A DNA stretch of 47,485 nt, counting the filler, from Catajapyx aquilonaris (taxonomy: Eukaryota): the NCBI GenBank assembly GCA_000934665.2. It is 2 parts of 2 records of this genome, joined end to end, with 100 filler letters (N's around TTAATTAATTAA, not from the genome) between each part and the next. Parts side by side here need not be neighbours in the genome. Positions count along the whole stretch, not along the records: positions 1 to 23,704 come from JYFJ02005640.1; 1 more part is not named here. One strand, 5' to 3'. Below the pieces are notes generated by a model that worked only from the letters and a program-made list of their open reading frames with translations, was not told the DNA's origin and searched no databases. Positions 1 to 11,880 of the stretch are shown piece by piece; the stretch's first letter is position 1; each line of letters opens with the position of its first letter. Made by a program: the position numbers and the translations under genes.

Positions 1-124
1 GACCACGACCAGATGGACGACCAGGCGGAGGAGGACATCCTCCGTGACCAGGCGTGACGCAGGGCTGGTGGTTGCAGAAGAAGAAGAAAAAGAAGAAGAA
101 AAAAAGACACTTTGGGGAGGGTCA

Positions 125-702
125 TGCAGTGTAATGTGAATTCAGGTTTCCTTTTTGAGTATGTGTCCATACGTGCTTGCGCACTTGCATTGGCGGGGGG
201 AATTATCAGGATGGGGGTTGGGCATGTATGTATGTGTGTGGTGCCGCGGCGGTTGGCTGCGTGCGCAGGTGTTTCCTCCCCATCCTGATGTTCCTCCCAC
301 CGGGAGCTGGTGAGCCCAGAGCTAGAGGGTGGAAGGGAGTTGTTGGCCGGGCTCGGTGGGAGCCGGTCAGTTTGTACGTGGTTGAGAAAATATACTGCTG
401 TCCCCAAATTCTGGGTCTATCTAGTAGTTAGAACCCCATTTCAGGTGCTAGCCGGGCCAGGCTTTTGATAGAGTCTGATAGTGCAATAATTTATTGGGGG
501 TTTTAAAAATTCAACAGGAATAGGTAGGCCCGTGTTGAGGTGAGCAAATGCATGCAGTGTATTTCCCAGCCAATGCAATGCAAAGGTGGGGATTTCAGAC
601 GGTTCGGAAGGTAGTACGGAATCGTGGATAACAGTTCAGAATCACGGACGGAGGAAGAGGTGGGGTGGGAGTACACACATGATTGGGGGATGGGCATCAT
701 CA
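125..702 (+). mobile_element. Possible 3' LTR of an LTR retrotransposon, preceded by a polypurine tract
   Basis: A purine-rich stretch and GGGGAGGG (114-121) lie just before TG at 125 (or 130). The region ends near CATCATCA (702). The terminal inverted match is imperfect and the boundaries are uncertain. Confidence 0.3.
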
Positions 703-744
703 CTGGCTATAAGTCGGAAGCGATTTAAAATGCTGTGTCCGCCG

Positions 745-828
745 CAGGCGTAGAAAAACGTGAGCGAAGCGAGCGGTTTTCTACGCCTGTGCCATAGAAA
801 AATTCGAGCGGAGCGAGGGTTTTTCTAG
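745..828 (+). repeat. Two tandem hairpins with GAGCG(A/G)AGCGAG loops ending in CTAG; possible Helitron-like 3' terminus
   Basis: Stem CAGGCGTAGAAAA/TTTTCTACGCCTG (745-789) and stem TAGAAAAA/TTTTTCTA (795-827); CTAG at 825-828. Confidence 0.4.
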
Positions 829-984
829 TATACTTATAAAAATAATAAATAAATAATAATAATAAATTCTATAATGCAAACAATTTGATTGGCGGCATTT
901 GAAAATAATATCATACTTCCAGGCAAGATGCCCCATGTGCCACACCCAGGGCCAGACGTGGTGTTCCAAGGCAGCAGCCGAGAC

Positions 985-1180
985 GGGCACCAAAATGGAA
1001 AGGGGATGGAAACAATTATACTGGCGCACACAACTCAGCGCATTATTCAGTTGCAACGTCCGATAAAATTGTAATTGGCTAAGAATCGCCAGATTATATC
1101 GCATCGCAAAAAATCAGGAGGGAAAGCCAAATCGAAGGTCTCCAAAATGTCACGGTCACAGTGGGCGTACAGAGGTGCCC
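985..1180 (+). repeat. Dispersed repeat copy A (copy B at ~5314-5525)
   Basis: GGGCACCAAAATGGAAAG...CACACAACTCAGCGCATTATTCAGTTGCAACG...GGAAAGCCAAATCGAAGGTCTCC is shared by both loci. Confidence 0.85.
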
Positions 1181-1395
1181 AAGGAGTCAACGCCGCGCGC
1201 CGCACTATGGAATAAATCCATTGCATGAGTAGATTCGCTTGTTTAAGTACTGCTTGCAAATATCTTACCGGTACCGATTATAAAGTGGCAGGTCAAAAAA
1301 GATGTGCAAATAGTGAAGGAACGCAAGAGGCAAGGTTAAGTCAACGAGAAGCACAACTGCCAAAGAGAAGTTGAAGAATTTCCACAGGCACAACG

Positions 1396-1660
1396 TTAAA
1401 CCTCATACAAGAAGCGGCAACGAGATGGAATTCCACTTTCTACATGGTGAGGAGATTTGTTGCCCTTGATGATGCCGTGACGAGCACTGTTACTCTTCAA
1501 AAACACAACCTTGCAGCCTTTAATGATGATTATTATTGGAGGATCTGCAAAGAGCTTGTCGAAATATTACAGCCATTTGAAGTGACTCACCATGTCAGTG
1601 GCGAGCAGTTCGTGACAATTTTTCAGCTTATTGTCATTACTGAAGGTATACGGAACTCAA
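1396..1660 (+). pseudogene. hAT (ZBED1/ZBED4-like) transposase fragment
   Basis: Translates as [24 protein letters not shown]...[28 protein letters not shown], matching the hAT motifs TRWNST and L.PFE..T..SGE. Confidence 0.85.
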
Positions 1661-1699
1661 TATACTGTAGCAGCCTGTGTACAAGGTGCCTTAATCACA

Positions 1700-2010
1700 G
1701 AGGACGGGTGGAAAAGTGCGTCGGCGAAATGCTTCAACACGACATCATTGAACCCACGACGTCACCATGGGCCGCGGTCGTGCTTGTGATAAACCCGGAT
1801 GGAAGTTTGAGATTTTGCGTCGACTATCGTCGTCTCAACCGAGTCACGAAGATACCCTGAACCAGCTGGGAGAGGCAAAGTACTTCTCTTCACTGGACTT
1901 GCACTCAGGATTTTGGCACATATGAAGAAGGAAGATAGGGCAAAGACCGCCTTCACCTTGCCCAATCACCTGTACCAATTCAAGCGAATGCCCTTTGGTT
2001 TGGCCAACCC
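1700..2010 (+). pseudogene. Ty3/Gypsy reverse transcriptase fragment (frameshifted)
   Basis: [36 protein letters not shown], then AKYFSSLDLHSGFW, then DRAKTAFTLPNHLYQFKRMPFGL. Confidence 0.9.
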
Positions 2011-3114
2011 CACCAAGCCGCACCTCAATACCCCCCTGCCCAACTCATCCCACACACCCATCCAAGGAAACCACCAACATAAAATGGATGTTCATCTCAA
2101 TGTATGCTTCATTATTTCACATTTATTCATATTTAAGATTGAACACGCATGTAGGCCTATGTATGTGCATAGTTGTCTGGTTCATCATGGCATAGTCGCC
2201 CTTGTGACATAAGCAGAAGTATCTAGCTCATGACACAAATTATGTATATGTGCTTTCCGGGATCAGGTACTCAGTAAATAGACTAACCTTTTCTCACTAG
2301 TGGTAAATGTTTATTCATGATGTTACTATAACGGACGCTAATATTATGTTTCTCCAGCTTTGGAAAAGAAAAACGACATATTGAAAGGTCTGTTCCATGG
2401 AAACAATAAATGGAATGCAGCCGAAGATGTCATGAAGAAATGTAACGCCTGGAGACTTCAGAAATACTCGCCAAAGAGAAGGCCTTATCGTAAATTGGAC
2501 TTGACTTATTGGAATTGTGAGGGAATCAAACATAATCGAATGGCAAGGAAGAGGAGGACAGAATACCCCTTACACGTGAGAAGGCCCTGCGAGCCTACAG
2601 GACGGCGAACAAAAGCGCAAAGGCAAGTCTTGGACGTACAAGAAACCCAACTTAGAGAACAGGAGGTGCAACATTGGACAAGTGTCGTGCGTGGTGGTGT
2701 TTGGTAGGCATTTTAAAAATCCACTTATTGTTTAAAGATTCCAGGACTATTTTCAATTCTACAGTATTAGTGCCATGTAGTTGTGATGATAAATAAATGC
2801 GTCATATCTGCCTAGATTGTTTGACTACATTGGTGGTATGTCTTATTTTTTCTTTCCTAAAGGGCAGACCCAACTGAAAGATTGTGCGGTGCAACAACGA
2901 GGAAAGTGAAGTTACCTTTTTACCAGCAGGCACTACGGAAATCCAGTGTATACACTTGCCATCCTTTGCCTAAGATTCTTCGTGACCTACACGTATAGCC
3001 TAATAATACGTGCAACCGGCTAAATGTGTTTATTTTTCTCCCCATTAGAAACTTAATGGTAAGTGATATATTAGTGTTACAGACCTTTCACATTACGATT
3101 AATGGGAATTGGGG

Positions 3115-3162
3115 AGGACTGCATTGGGTTAAATTGTAGGACTGCATTGGGTTAAATTGTAG
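3115..3162 (+). repeat. 23-bp tandem duplication (x2)
   Basis: AGGACTGCATTGGGTTAAATTGT occurs twice in tandem. Confidence 0.9.
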
Positions 3163-3425
3163 CACTGACGTACCATCGGTGGACACCTCCATCACCTTGT
3201 CCGGGTCATGTACAGAATTTAATTGCAAGACAGGATATGTCCTGACCAACACAACACCGGCAGGTACAGAAAATAAACACGAGAATGGTGATAATTTGCA
3301 AAGAGTAAATGAGGCGGAAGGTCTTGCATACTTGGGTGGGGCTCTGTCAAGAAAATTTAAGCGCAAATACCCTGAGTTAGGTTTTGTGTGTAACGCTGGA
3401 GATTCCAAGTCGTGGGTGTCATTTA

Positions 3426-3550
3426 GGGCCGGTTTCACCGAGCTCAGTATATGATAAAACCAGGGTATTTCTCAAAATCCCTATCTATTTGTATGGATTT
3501 TCCTAAAGAAACCTGGTTTTATCATATACCAAGCTCGGTGAAACAGGCCC
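3426..3550. mobile_element. 125-bp PIF/Harbinger-type (Tourist-like) MITE
   Basis: TIRs GGGCCGGTTTCACCGAGCT..GTATATGATAAAACCAGG / CCTGGTTTTATCATATAC..AGCTCGGTGAAACAGGCCC; TTA TSD at 3423-3425 and 3551-3553. Confidence 0.85.
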
Positions 3551-3989
3551 TTAGAAGCAATGTGGGTTTAAGAAAACCAACAGGGGATTTTCTTTGCGAA
3601 GTTGCAATGCATGAATGAGATTTTCAAGACTCGCCGCGGTAAAACTTTTCGTTGTGAGAGAAAGTGTTTTTCAAAGCAAGTTCTCCTCTTGAAGATGCAT
3701 TTTAGCTCTGTTCCAGAAGAGGTTTCACTTCATCAAATGTCGATCTTTCATTAGGCTTAGGCACCTAAACTGTACTTTGCATTTGAGAAAATTACGCCAA
3801 ACGGCTAAGATGATGAAAAAAATTACTGCGTGAGGGTTTTCACCACGAATGTATGATTTCTCTGAAGTGTGAAATAAATGTTGGGTCTGAAATAAAACCT
3901 AATCGTCATCCTCGACGACATCCCTATCGAGATTATGCTACGTGCACGGGAGAGGCAGCAGCAAGGAAGAGCTGCGAGGGGCAGGTGAG

Positions 3990-4175
3990 CATCGTCAAGC
4001 TTCTCAACACGTACTCAAAAACTCCACGCATTCCGACGAGGACTCTTATACTGTATTGCAGTCTTGGGAAGCAAGAAAAAATTCTGATCCCCAGCTGTAC
4101 CAGCTAGCTATGGTCGTCCTTTCAGTGCCTATGACATAGGTGAGTGTGGAAAGGACGTTTTCCCATATGCGTCAG
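3990..4175 (+). pseudogene. hAT C-terminal dimerization domain fragment
   Basis: VLQSWEARKNSDPQLYQLAMVVLSVPMT*VSVERTFS fits the hATC consensus W......P.L..LA...LS.P.T...ER.FS. Confidence 0.85.
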
Positions 4176-5313
4176 TCATCTGCGGTACAGTCTGTCAAGG
4201 GAAGCAATATTTTCAGGAAGTGTGGGCTTCGTTTGGGGAAAGCGTTTTACTCCAAAGGAAGTGATGCGTGCTTAGTTCACCCATGGCATATCCCCATGAA
4301 GTGCTTTATGCTGTAGTATCCAGGGAAGAGTGCTTGCATGAGAAATTGAAAACTAACCGAGTGAAGAATGGCAGATATTCCCCACAATTGGAATCACCTG
4401 AAGGAAAACATTGCAGTAGAGACAGCAGATTTATCATTCTCAGTGACCATGACGGTAAAAACATTGGTCATGGTCGCAGAATCCTGCGCAGAAAGAAAAT
4501 CTGACGTCAGAGGAATGCTCGAGCAGGTTTTTTCAAGTAACACTGACAGACGCGACGAAAAATAAATAAAATTGAGATTAGAGCAAGAGGAAAGAAAGCT
4601 GCACTGAAGGGGAAGAAAGGTTATCAGAGAGAAAAAACCTTGGCCTCTATTGTCAGATTCCCTGCCAAGGAACTAACCACTACCACCTGGACTAAATGAA
4701 CACTGGCACACAAGGATGAAGCATGTCAAGCCTCACAATCACCATCAATTATTCGAGCCCTGAGCAATGATTTAAAAACCAAGGAACAGGCCCCCAGAAG
4801 CAGTGTAAAGTCCTGCAAGAAAAAAAGGAAGAGCATGGCCAGGTTGTGGACAACTTGTAATCATTGCTGTGTGTAACAATGGCCTTCCACAGGTTGGGAA
4901 CATAACTACTAACATTGTGTCCCATAGTGAGAAATTGTATTTTTTAAGTGTTTGACACTGCATATTTTAACCTTCACTTGTATGCTTTTGTTGTCAAAAT
5001 AACACAGGAGAAAATTATTGTTAATATTGATGATATTTGAGATCATAGTACTCTAGACTGCCACAAATGTGATGGTTTAAGTTTAATAAGATGGAAATAT
5101 TACGTTTTAAAAATAAATATATCAGTCAGAGCAGAACATGTTAGTTTTAATTCTCCGATTTTACCCACATATATGCAGCATGTCCTGTGAGGTTACATCT
5201 TTTGTGTATCTCAGGTACACAAATGTGCAGGCCCAACGTCAACACAAACGTTGTGTATTAAGGAAATCACATACACATGTATGTGTACGGCACACAAATG
5301 TGGTGGTCCAAGA

Positions 5314-5525
5314 GGGGCACCAAAATGGAAAGTGGATGAAAACAATTATACTGGAGCACACAACTCAGCGCATTATTCAGTTGCAACGCCCAATAAACTG
5401 TCGACCATAAAATTGGAATTCGCTAAGGAATTGCCTGATTATGTCGCATCGCAGAAAGGTAGGATGGAAAGCCAAATCGAAGGTCTCCCAAGATGTCGCT
5501 GTTACAGTGGACGTAGAGAAGTGCC
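5314..5525 (+). repeat. Dispersed repeat copy B (copy A at ~985-1180)
   Basis: Direct-orientation match to 985-1180, with a short extra segment. Confidence 0.85.
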
Positions 5526-5619
5526 TATCCATCAAACATACACTCTGTCTCACAGGACTAGAGGAAGCCCGAAGTAGGCCGAAGAAGGCTCTTTAACGGG
5601 TCCATAAAGATCGCGGAGC

Positions 5620-5930
5620 TGGCGACCTTTATGGACCCACCGTTTTAAACTTGTGTCATTCAGTGACAGTAGTGTGAAGGAGCTCATCAAGAATGAAATA
5701 AAAAAACTTGTTGCGACGAAGGACAGTCAGAGGAGGCGTGCAGCTGCTGAGAGTAATTCCGCTGTAAGTCAAGCAGTAGCAGCTGAGCCTTCCTCTAGTC
5801 TAGTCCGTCAAGTGCCACAAGTGGTGTGAGTTTTTCCATCTGGGAAGCGTGTAAGAGGAGAGCTGCATCCGCACGATGGACCAGACCTGGTGGCACACCT
5901 CTATCAAGAGCCATAGCAGAAATGAATTGG
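5620..5930 (+). pseudogene. hAT transposase fragment (between the catalytic core and dimerization domain)
   Basis: ATFMDP(R)FKLVSFSD (one frameshift) and SIWEACKRR...PGGTPLSRAIAEM resemble the ZBED-type AT.LDPRFK and SIW...SRAI.E motifs. Confidence 0.65.
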
Positions 5931-6344
5931 CAAGTAAACACTGTAAATTTTCAGAGTATTATGATACAGTTCGAGGAGGCGCAGCATGTTTGCCTCTACC
6001 ACAGATTGACTGCAAAAATTACTGAGCAATTTTTGGTGGAATTTTAGTCACGGGGTTTTTGATTTCAGAACGCTGCAGCAGACTCAGCCCAGCGAAAGCT
6101 AGGAAGATATTGTTTCTCAATGCTAATAGTAAATGAAGAAATACCTATGTTTACACTGAATAGTGTCTCGGTAATATGCTTTGAAATTTTTCTATTTCAA
6201 ATAATAGACTATATTATGATAAATCACTTTTGTGTTTTGTACAGATTCGTTTACTGAGTTGTACAGATACTGAGTGGTACAGTGGAGGTCACCTTATTAA
6301 AAGGTTACATCCTAGCACTTGGATATTCCAATGATTACCAAGTG

Positions 6345-7165
6345 GCCTTCCAAGAACAGAACCAAAAAGGATGGTTCTCAATAATAAATGTACAGTTAGT
6401 CACTGATCCCTCACTAAATATGGTAGTGTGACCGTTTTACGTTCAGGTGCGATACCTATTTGTAGCCTTGCCTTTTTTTTCATTTGTTCCTTTTGTTTGA
6501 CCGTTACAATTTGATTGACGTTTCCCATCCTGCATTGCGATGTATCACAACCTATTTAAACCCCCGCTCTGTTACTTTCGGGACCTTTCCATGATAGGAG
6601 AATATCCTGGCTGGGGGTCGAGGACTTTGGTTCAGCTGACACCATGCTGGCCACTGGTCGTTCGTTCCTTCTCTTCCTTCCTTTTTTTTTTCCTTTTTAC
6701 CTAACCCTTTTCACTTCGGCAAAAAAACTGTACTGAACTTGAACCCATATCTTTGTGTACCTCATTATGGTCACAGTAGCACACTGGCCTGGATAGGCAC
6801 ATGACAGCATTATTTTTGACTATTCCCATTGAAATCCCACTGCCAGAGTCGGGTACTAATAAGTCAATTGATTGGGGATGGAGGTTATCGCCTCACAGAT
6901 TATCTTCTTACATCAGTTGCAATACCAACAGCAGGTGAAAAATATGTTCAACCGAGCCCACGTCCGGACGCGTCCTCGCTAGAAACTGCTTAGAGAGAAC
7001 GAATGGGCTCTAGAAGCGGCGCTTTCCTGCACTTAAATATGGGTTGAGGTTGAAAGTAGAGAACATTTTGTATGTAATTGTTGCATGTGTTGTCCATCAC
7101 AATGTAGCCCTGACAGTCAATGAAGAGGAGGCGCCAGAAGACATCGAGCTCCATGAGATCATTGC
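6345..7165 (+). pseudogene. Harbinger (HARBI1-like) DDE transposase remnant, split by a solo LTR
   Basis: KGWFSI-NVQLVTDP, NMVAHWPG*AHDS, LIGDGGYRLTDYLLT, FNRAHVRTR, ERTNGL*KRRFPAL, IVACVVHHNVA, followed by an acidic tail. Confidence 0.9.
6427..6775 (+). mobile_element. Solo LTR (349 bp), Gypsy-like
   Basis: TGTGACC...GGTCACA termini (7-bp inverted repeat); 4-bp TSD GTAG at 6423-6426 and 6776-6779; TATA-like TATTTAAA at ~6553. Removing it restores the Harbinger frame. Confidence 0.9.
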
Positions 7166-8318
7166 TTGCAGAGAGAAGACGACAAGGTCACAGGACCGTC
7201 TTTCACGTTGTTGAGGATGATGAGCAAGAACGGTGTAACCTATACCATCTGCTGGAGCCAGTGGATGCTCCACATGCTCAGAAGGACGGCCACACTAATG
7301 CTGCTGCAAGTCATCAGGAGAGCTCTAATTTCATGGCAGAAGGCACAGACGTGATTTCAGCTAGTGCCAGAAAAATATACACTATAGGTTAGGATGATTG
7401 AACACCCAGTTAAGATGAGGGAATGGCGCTTATCCCAGTGATAGCCTAGGCTACCATTCTGCCATTTGTTGTGCATCCAGAGAACATTTTCTTGTAATTA
7501 TCAAGTGAGAGTCATCAGTGTTATGATCGACGTCTTCACATAAGGATCGCACCAATAATATTATTTCCTAGTAGGCTATGCCAGTCAAGAAACTCCACAA
7601 TATAACTTGGACATTATTTTTTAGAAAATAAAAATGATAACTGGAACAATATAAATAAGGCAAATATCATGCCATAGTGTTTCCCCCCTAAAAAGTTCAG
7701 AGCGAATGATGAGATGAACAATTACAATAATGAAACTTTCGGGATTAGAGAAGCTCCACTTCAGGTGATGCTAACCCTCGAAAATATCTGCTTTAGTTGC
7801 AGTGATATTACTCTAAACGAGTGATTGTAAACTATAGTGAATGACTATCATCTGATCACACTTGATAAGTGCAGTGACAATTATTTTGTTCAAAATGTTT
7901 TCTCTCAGCAGAAAGATAATCCCACTGTTTCATCCACGTAACAGGAACAACTATATACCGTATGTGTTGAACTGTACACTGTGTACTGTGTGACTTCATC
8001 TTAACCCTTGATGGTCAATCTCATATGGCTGGCGGTTTCTTGGAAAGACATATCTTCGATACCATCAGTCATACCACTCATAGGACAGGCATAACACACC
8101 ATTATGCAATGCAAAAAAATTAATATTAATATTAGAATATATTATTATTAATATTAAAATTGTGGATTGCGATTGGAACCCTGTCTGTCGGATTGTGTTG
8201 CTCAACATTCTTCCTTCTCCCGGTCGAGAGGAACAAACCTGTTGAGAGGTCGGTGGAAATAGACGTGGATCATTGTAGATACATGTATATTTATACAGGC
8301 ATGTTCCATCTACGTACT

Positions 8319-8533
8319 AGTATTGGTATTTATTGGACTGGCCATGCCCGTCAAGGCCCAACAGCCCACTCACTCCAACACCAACAACAAACATAATACA
8401 AAACAAAAACAAAGCAACAGTGCTGCCACCAATCATCCAATAAAGAGTCACCAATCAACGACGTTTTACTCTAAACTGGGGATTTGCGAGGAAGAACAAA
8501 AAGAACTGGTGGCTGCAGGAGAGAAAGCACCTA
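8319..8533 (-). mobile_element. 5'-truncated non-LTR retroposon 3' end
   Basis: 14-bp TSD TCCATCTACGTACT at 8305-8318 and 8534-8547; minus-strand AATAAA just before the 3' end. Confidence 0.7.
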
Positions 8534-8976
8534 TCCATCTACGTACTGATATAATAATTAGCCTTTAACATGTTATTGAAACAAATACTAAGGATCAGGC
8601 CTGCCAGTCGGACTGTGTCCTTAATTGCCCTAAATTGACATCTGATCGCTGCCTACAGTGGCAGACCTCCAAATAGTTGGTCTTCAACCACTGGGCCAGT
8701 TGTATAAGATTAATATTTATATTGTGGATTATTGTGGTGTTGCTATAGTGTAAAGCCGAGAGGATCAGCCTGCAGAACTGCAGTTGCAGTTGCCTGAACA
8801 AAACATGACCTTTATTTTATCATAAATATGGATATATACCACACACAAATAGTATGAGGAGGTTTGGATTACAAAACTTCCCAAATCCTCGAGAATTACA
8901 TGGTAGGGCCTAAACACAAGTTTAAAAAAAAAAAATCATGGCTTCAGTTTTGGTTTTTACAGAGTTCTATAATTAT

Positions 8977-9271
8977 GTAACAGTTGGTCTTCAACCACTG
9001 GGCCCGTTGTATAAGAATAATGCTAATATTGTGGATTATTGTGGTGTTGCTAATGTCAAGCCGAGACGATCAGCCCTGCCTGTCGTGCTGTACGTAACAG
9101 TTGGTCTTCAACCACTGGGCCCGTTGTATAAGAATAATGTTAATATTGTGGATTATTGTGGTGTTGCTAATGTCAAGCCGAGACGATCAGCCCTGCCTGT
9201 CGTTCTGTACGTAACAGTTGGTCTTAAACCACTGGGCCCGTTGTATAAGAATTATCTTAATATTGTGGATT
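8977..9271 (+). repeat. 117-bp tandem repeat (~2.5 copies), plus a diverged monomer at 8675-8773
   Basis: Units start with GTAACAGTTGGTCTT at 8977, 9094 and 9211. Confidence 0.95.
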
Positions 9272-9299
9272 TTCGTATGACACCATAGAGATACCACAC

Positions 9300-9729
9300 T
9301 GAAATTTTCACTAAACCTTCAGTAGATGTGTACCAACATGTGTGAATGTTTGCAAAATTTTAAATTATTCATTTTTTTTGAAAATGTAAAATGAAATTTG
9401 GATAAGTTCCGAAAAACATATATGCCCTTAAAAACCATGCGTGTTACATATCATATGAAAGCCCTCTTCATTGGCCTTAAAATGAGACCATTGACAGCTC
9501 TGTATCTGGAACGGTTCTCTGGGATATCGTATTTAAAGGTTTGTAGGTGAGCGGTTTTTGGGAGGTTTGCCAATTATTGAACATTTCAAAACTCAAAAAC
9601 CGATGACAGAAAAATTTTTAACAAAATATTTCTGTCCATGTCAGATGGGAAGGAACAGGTATCCCAAAATTTAGCCAAATCCATGACATCGAGGTCCAGG
9701 TCACACGTTGAATTCACATGGAATGACTC
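9300..9729. mobile_element. Probable terminal portion of a non-autonomous DNA transposon (Sola-like GAG terminus)
   Basis: AT-rich segment ending ...GAATTCACATGGAATGACTC (reverse complement GAGTCATTCCATG), next to the Sola2 remnant. The left end was not identified. Confidence 0.35.
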
Positions 9730-9814
9730 ACTACAGAAGTTGTGTATTACTTTCAAATCGAGCTACTCAAACAATAAGTTACTCCCATTCTTCCCGAGCT
9801 TCAAAAGGTGTGCA

Positions 9815-10070
9815 TACTACGTTAGTGATGAAGCAGCGTCCCAGTACAAGAATAGAAAAAAAACTTGAGATATCTTTGCCTTCATAAAAGTGACTTCAAC
9901 TTGGAGCCAGAGTGGCACTTCTTCGCTGCCAGTCATGGCAGAAGTGCCTGTGATGGTGTGGGAGGAACTTTGAAACGTCTTGCAGCACGTGCTAGTCTAC
10001 AATAAAACCTCGGCGAATCTCATCCTGACAGCAAGAGACTTGTATGAATGGTGTGCACAATCCCTGCAAG
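9815..10070 (+). pseudogene. Sola2-type DDD transposase fragment
   Basis: YYVSDEAASQYKNRK/NLRYLCLHKSDFNLEPEWHFFAASHGRSACDGVGGTLKRLAARASLQ* matches the SDG..SQYKN...W.FFATSHGK..CDG.GG motif. Confidence 0.8.
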
Positions 10071-11880
10071 CAATAATTCCCATATGGTTACGGGTAAATA
10101 ATGGTTTATGCCAGTTTATGCATTTCTGAATAGGGGATGATCCAAGGAATCTACTGACATACCAAAAGTCATAATTGGTCCATGCGAGAGCAACCTGGGT
10201 TTAGAACCAGCTAGCACGTTGTCAAGTCGTCATTCACTCTACTGAACTGGCAGGAAGCAGTCCACCAAACACAGTAAAGCACCATAACTACTGTCTTATA
10301 GGCCTGCTTTATGATTATACTGTATAATGGACAGTAACGAGGACCCAGAAGATGCCTTCGGGGTCGTTAAGCACTGCAACTGGGTTGGAGCATGTAAGGT
10401 GATTATCATTGACAAAAAATCAACACAAAGAGAGGAGTGATAACACTTGGATTAGCCTGTACCATTTCATTACGTATCTTATATCTGATTCAGTAGTATG
10501 CATAATCACGTGGTCACACTGTTACAGATAGAACATGTGCTGGATATTATCCATCGGATGTTAACCAGAGCCTGATTCCAATGAACCATCTTCTATTGGC
10601 ACTAAGATTTTGTGCCACTGGTGCCTTCTACATATTGATAGGCGACTTGTTTAGTGTCCATAAGACCACCGCTTGCATAATCATGCACAAAGTAATCACA
10701 TTGGAAGACTTAGGCTGACTGACTTGGCATAGGTCACCTTTTAAGATACGGTACATCATGAAGTAAATCCCCTCTCACCACTGTCGCGCTTGACGGCTAG
10801 GCGAGTGAAGATGCTTAGTGCAGCATGAAAGTATATATGTATATGCCGAAGCCCCAGGCGCTAGAAGACGACGAAAACCCACAAGCTTCGACGTCTGTTG
10901 TGAGGATGAGTCCACCACCTTGTCTGCTGCTGCCTCCTCCTCGTCCACTTTTGCCAAAAGGCCACACCTTGTGAGTAACCCATTCACTTGCAAAGGGTCA
11001 TGCCAAATTGGCACGTTCAACAGTCCTTTAATAATATATAATGGCTTTGTGAAAGAGGCACGAGTGTATGCGAATGTATGAGATGTACGGGGTGGTACGA
11101 AAGGTTTGCACTGGCTCCCAGATACAAAGACATTATGCTGCACAGAATAACGACACAAAATTAAGTGGCAAAATGGCATTTTAATTTCCAGAAAAACCGA
11201 AATGGGCACGGAAGCATCGCAGGCGCAAGATTACCAACGTGCCAAGGCTGGTGTTCCAGTACGGAGAGGACGGAAGAATTAGACAACTGGAGCGGAGTAG
11301 CCTACACTGTGTAGATGTGGTACGAGCATTCAGGTGAGAAAATGGGTTTGGAAAAATGCCATGTGGTAGAGCAAGGATACTTCCCTCTTGGCAATTATGA
11401 ATGTACAATACCCAAAAAATGCTTCAAGATGGAAAAAAAATTACGTATTATTGTGTAACTTCTCTCCCGCTGCAAGGGAGAACCTGTACTACCTCATTGA
11501 TGTCATCAAGGAACAGACATAATTATTCTCCACTCTTAATGTACGATAATATGATTAGCACCAAGTCTGCCAAGACATTGAATACCAGTAATGGAAGAAA
11601 ACGTAGATTAATAGTTACTGTAACTTTTAAAACTTTTTTAAGTTGGCTGTAAACATATTACAGCTAGGGCGACGAACCAAAAGTTCTTCGCTCATGTGTT
11701 CCCAAAAGTAATCAAGTACAAGAAATTCTAATCAGAACCTCCCCTCGTCAAAGGTCTCATTCTGAAAAGTCAGCATACACTGTACCTATGCGATCAAAAA
11801 GATGACATTGTGTCAACAAAGCCCAAAAATGGAGTAGGTGTAGACTCCTCAAAAAAAAAAAAAAAAAAAAGGGAAGGAGT

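Larger units (their letters stand above)
2360..3830 (+). pseudogene. P-element/THAP9-like transposase remnants, interrupted by a MITE
   Basis: KWNAAEDV...LQKYSPKRRPY (2396-2490) resembles the W..EDI..A..L...SPKAY motif. The C-terminal region reads EAEGLAYLGGALSRKFKRKYPELG...SWVSF|RSNVGLRKPTGDF once the MITE is removed. Confidence 0.7.

Noticed and set aside
1444..1860. hAT-reverse transcriptase fusion protein
   Set aside because: This is a chance in-frame junction of two truncated, decayed elements; both domains are incomplete.
8977..9271. CRISPR-like array
   Set aside because: The units are contiguous with no unique spacers, there are no cas genes, and the context is eukaryotic.
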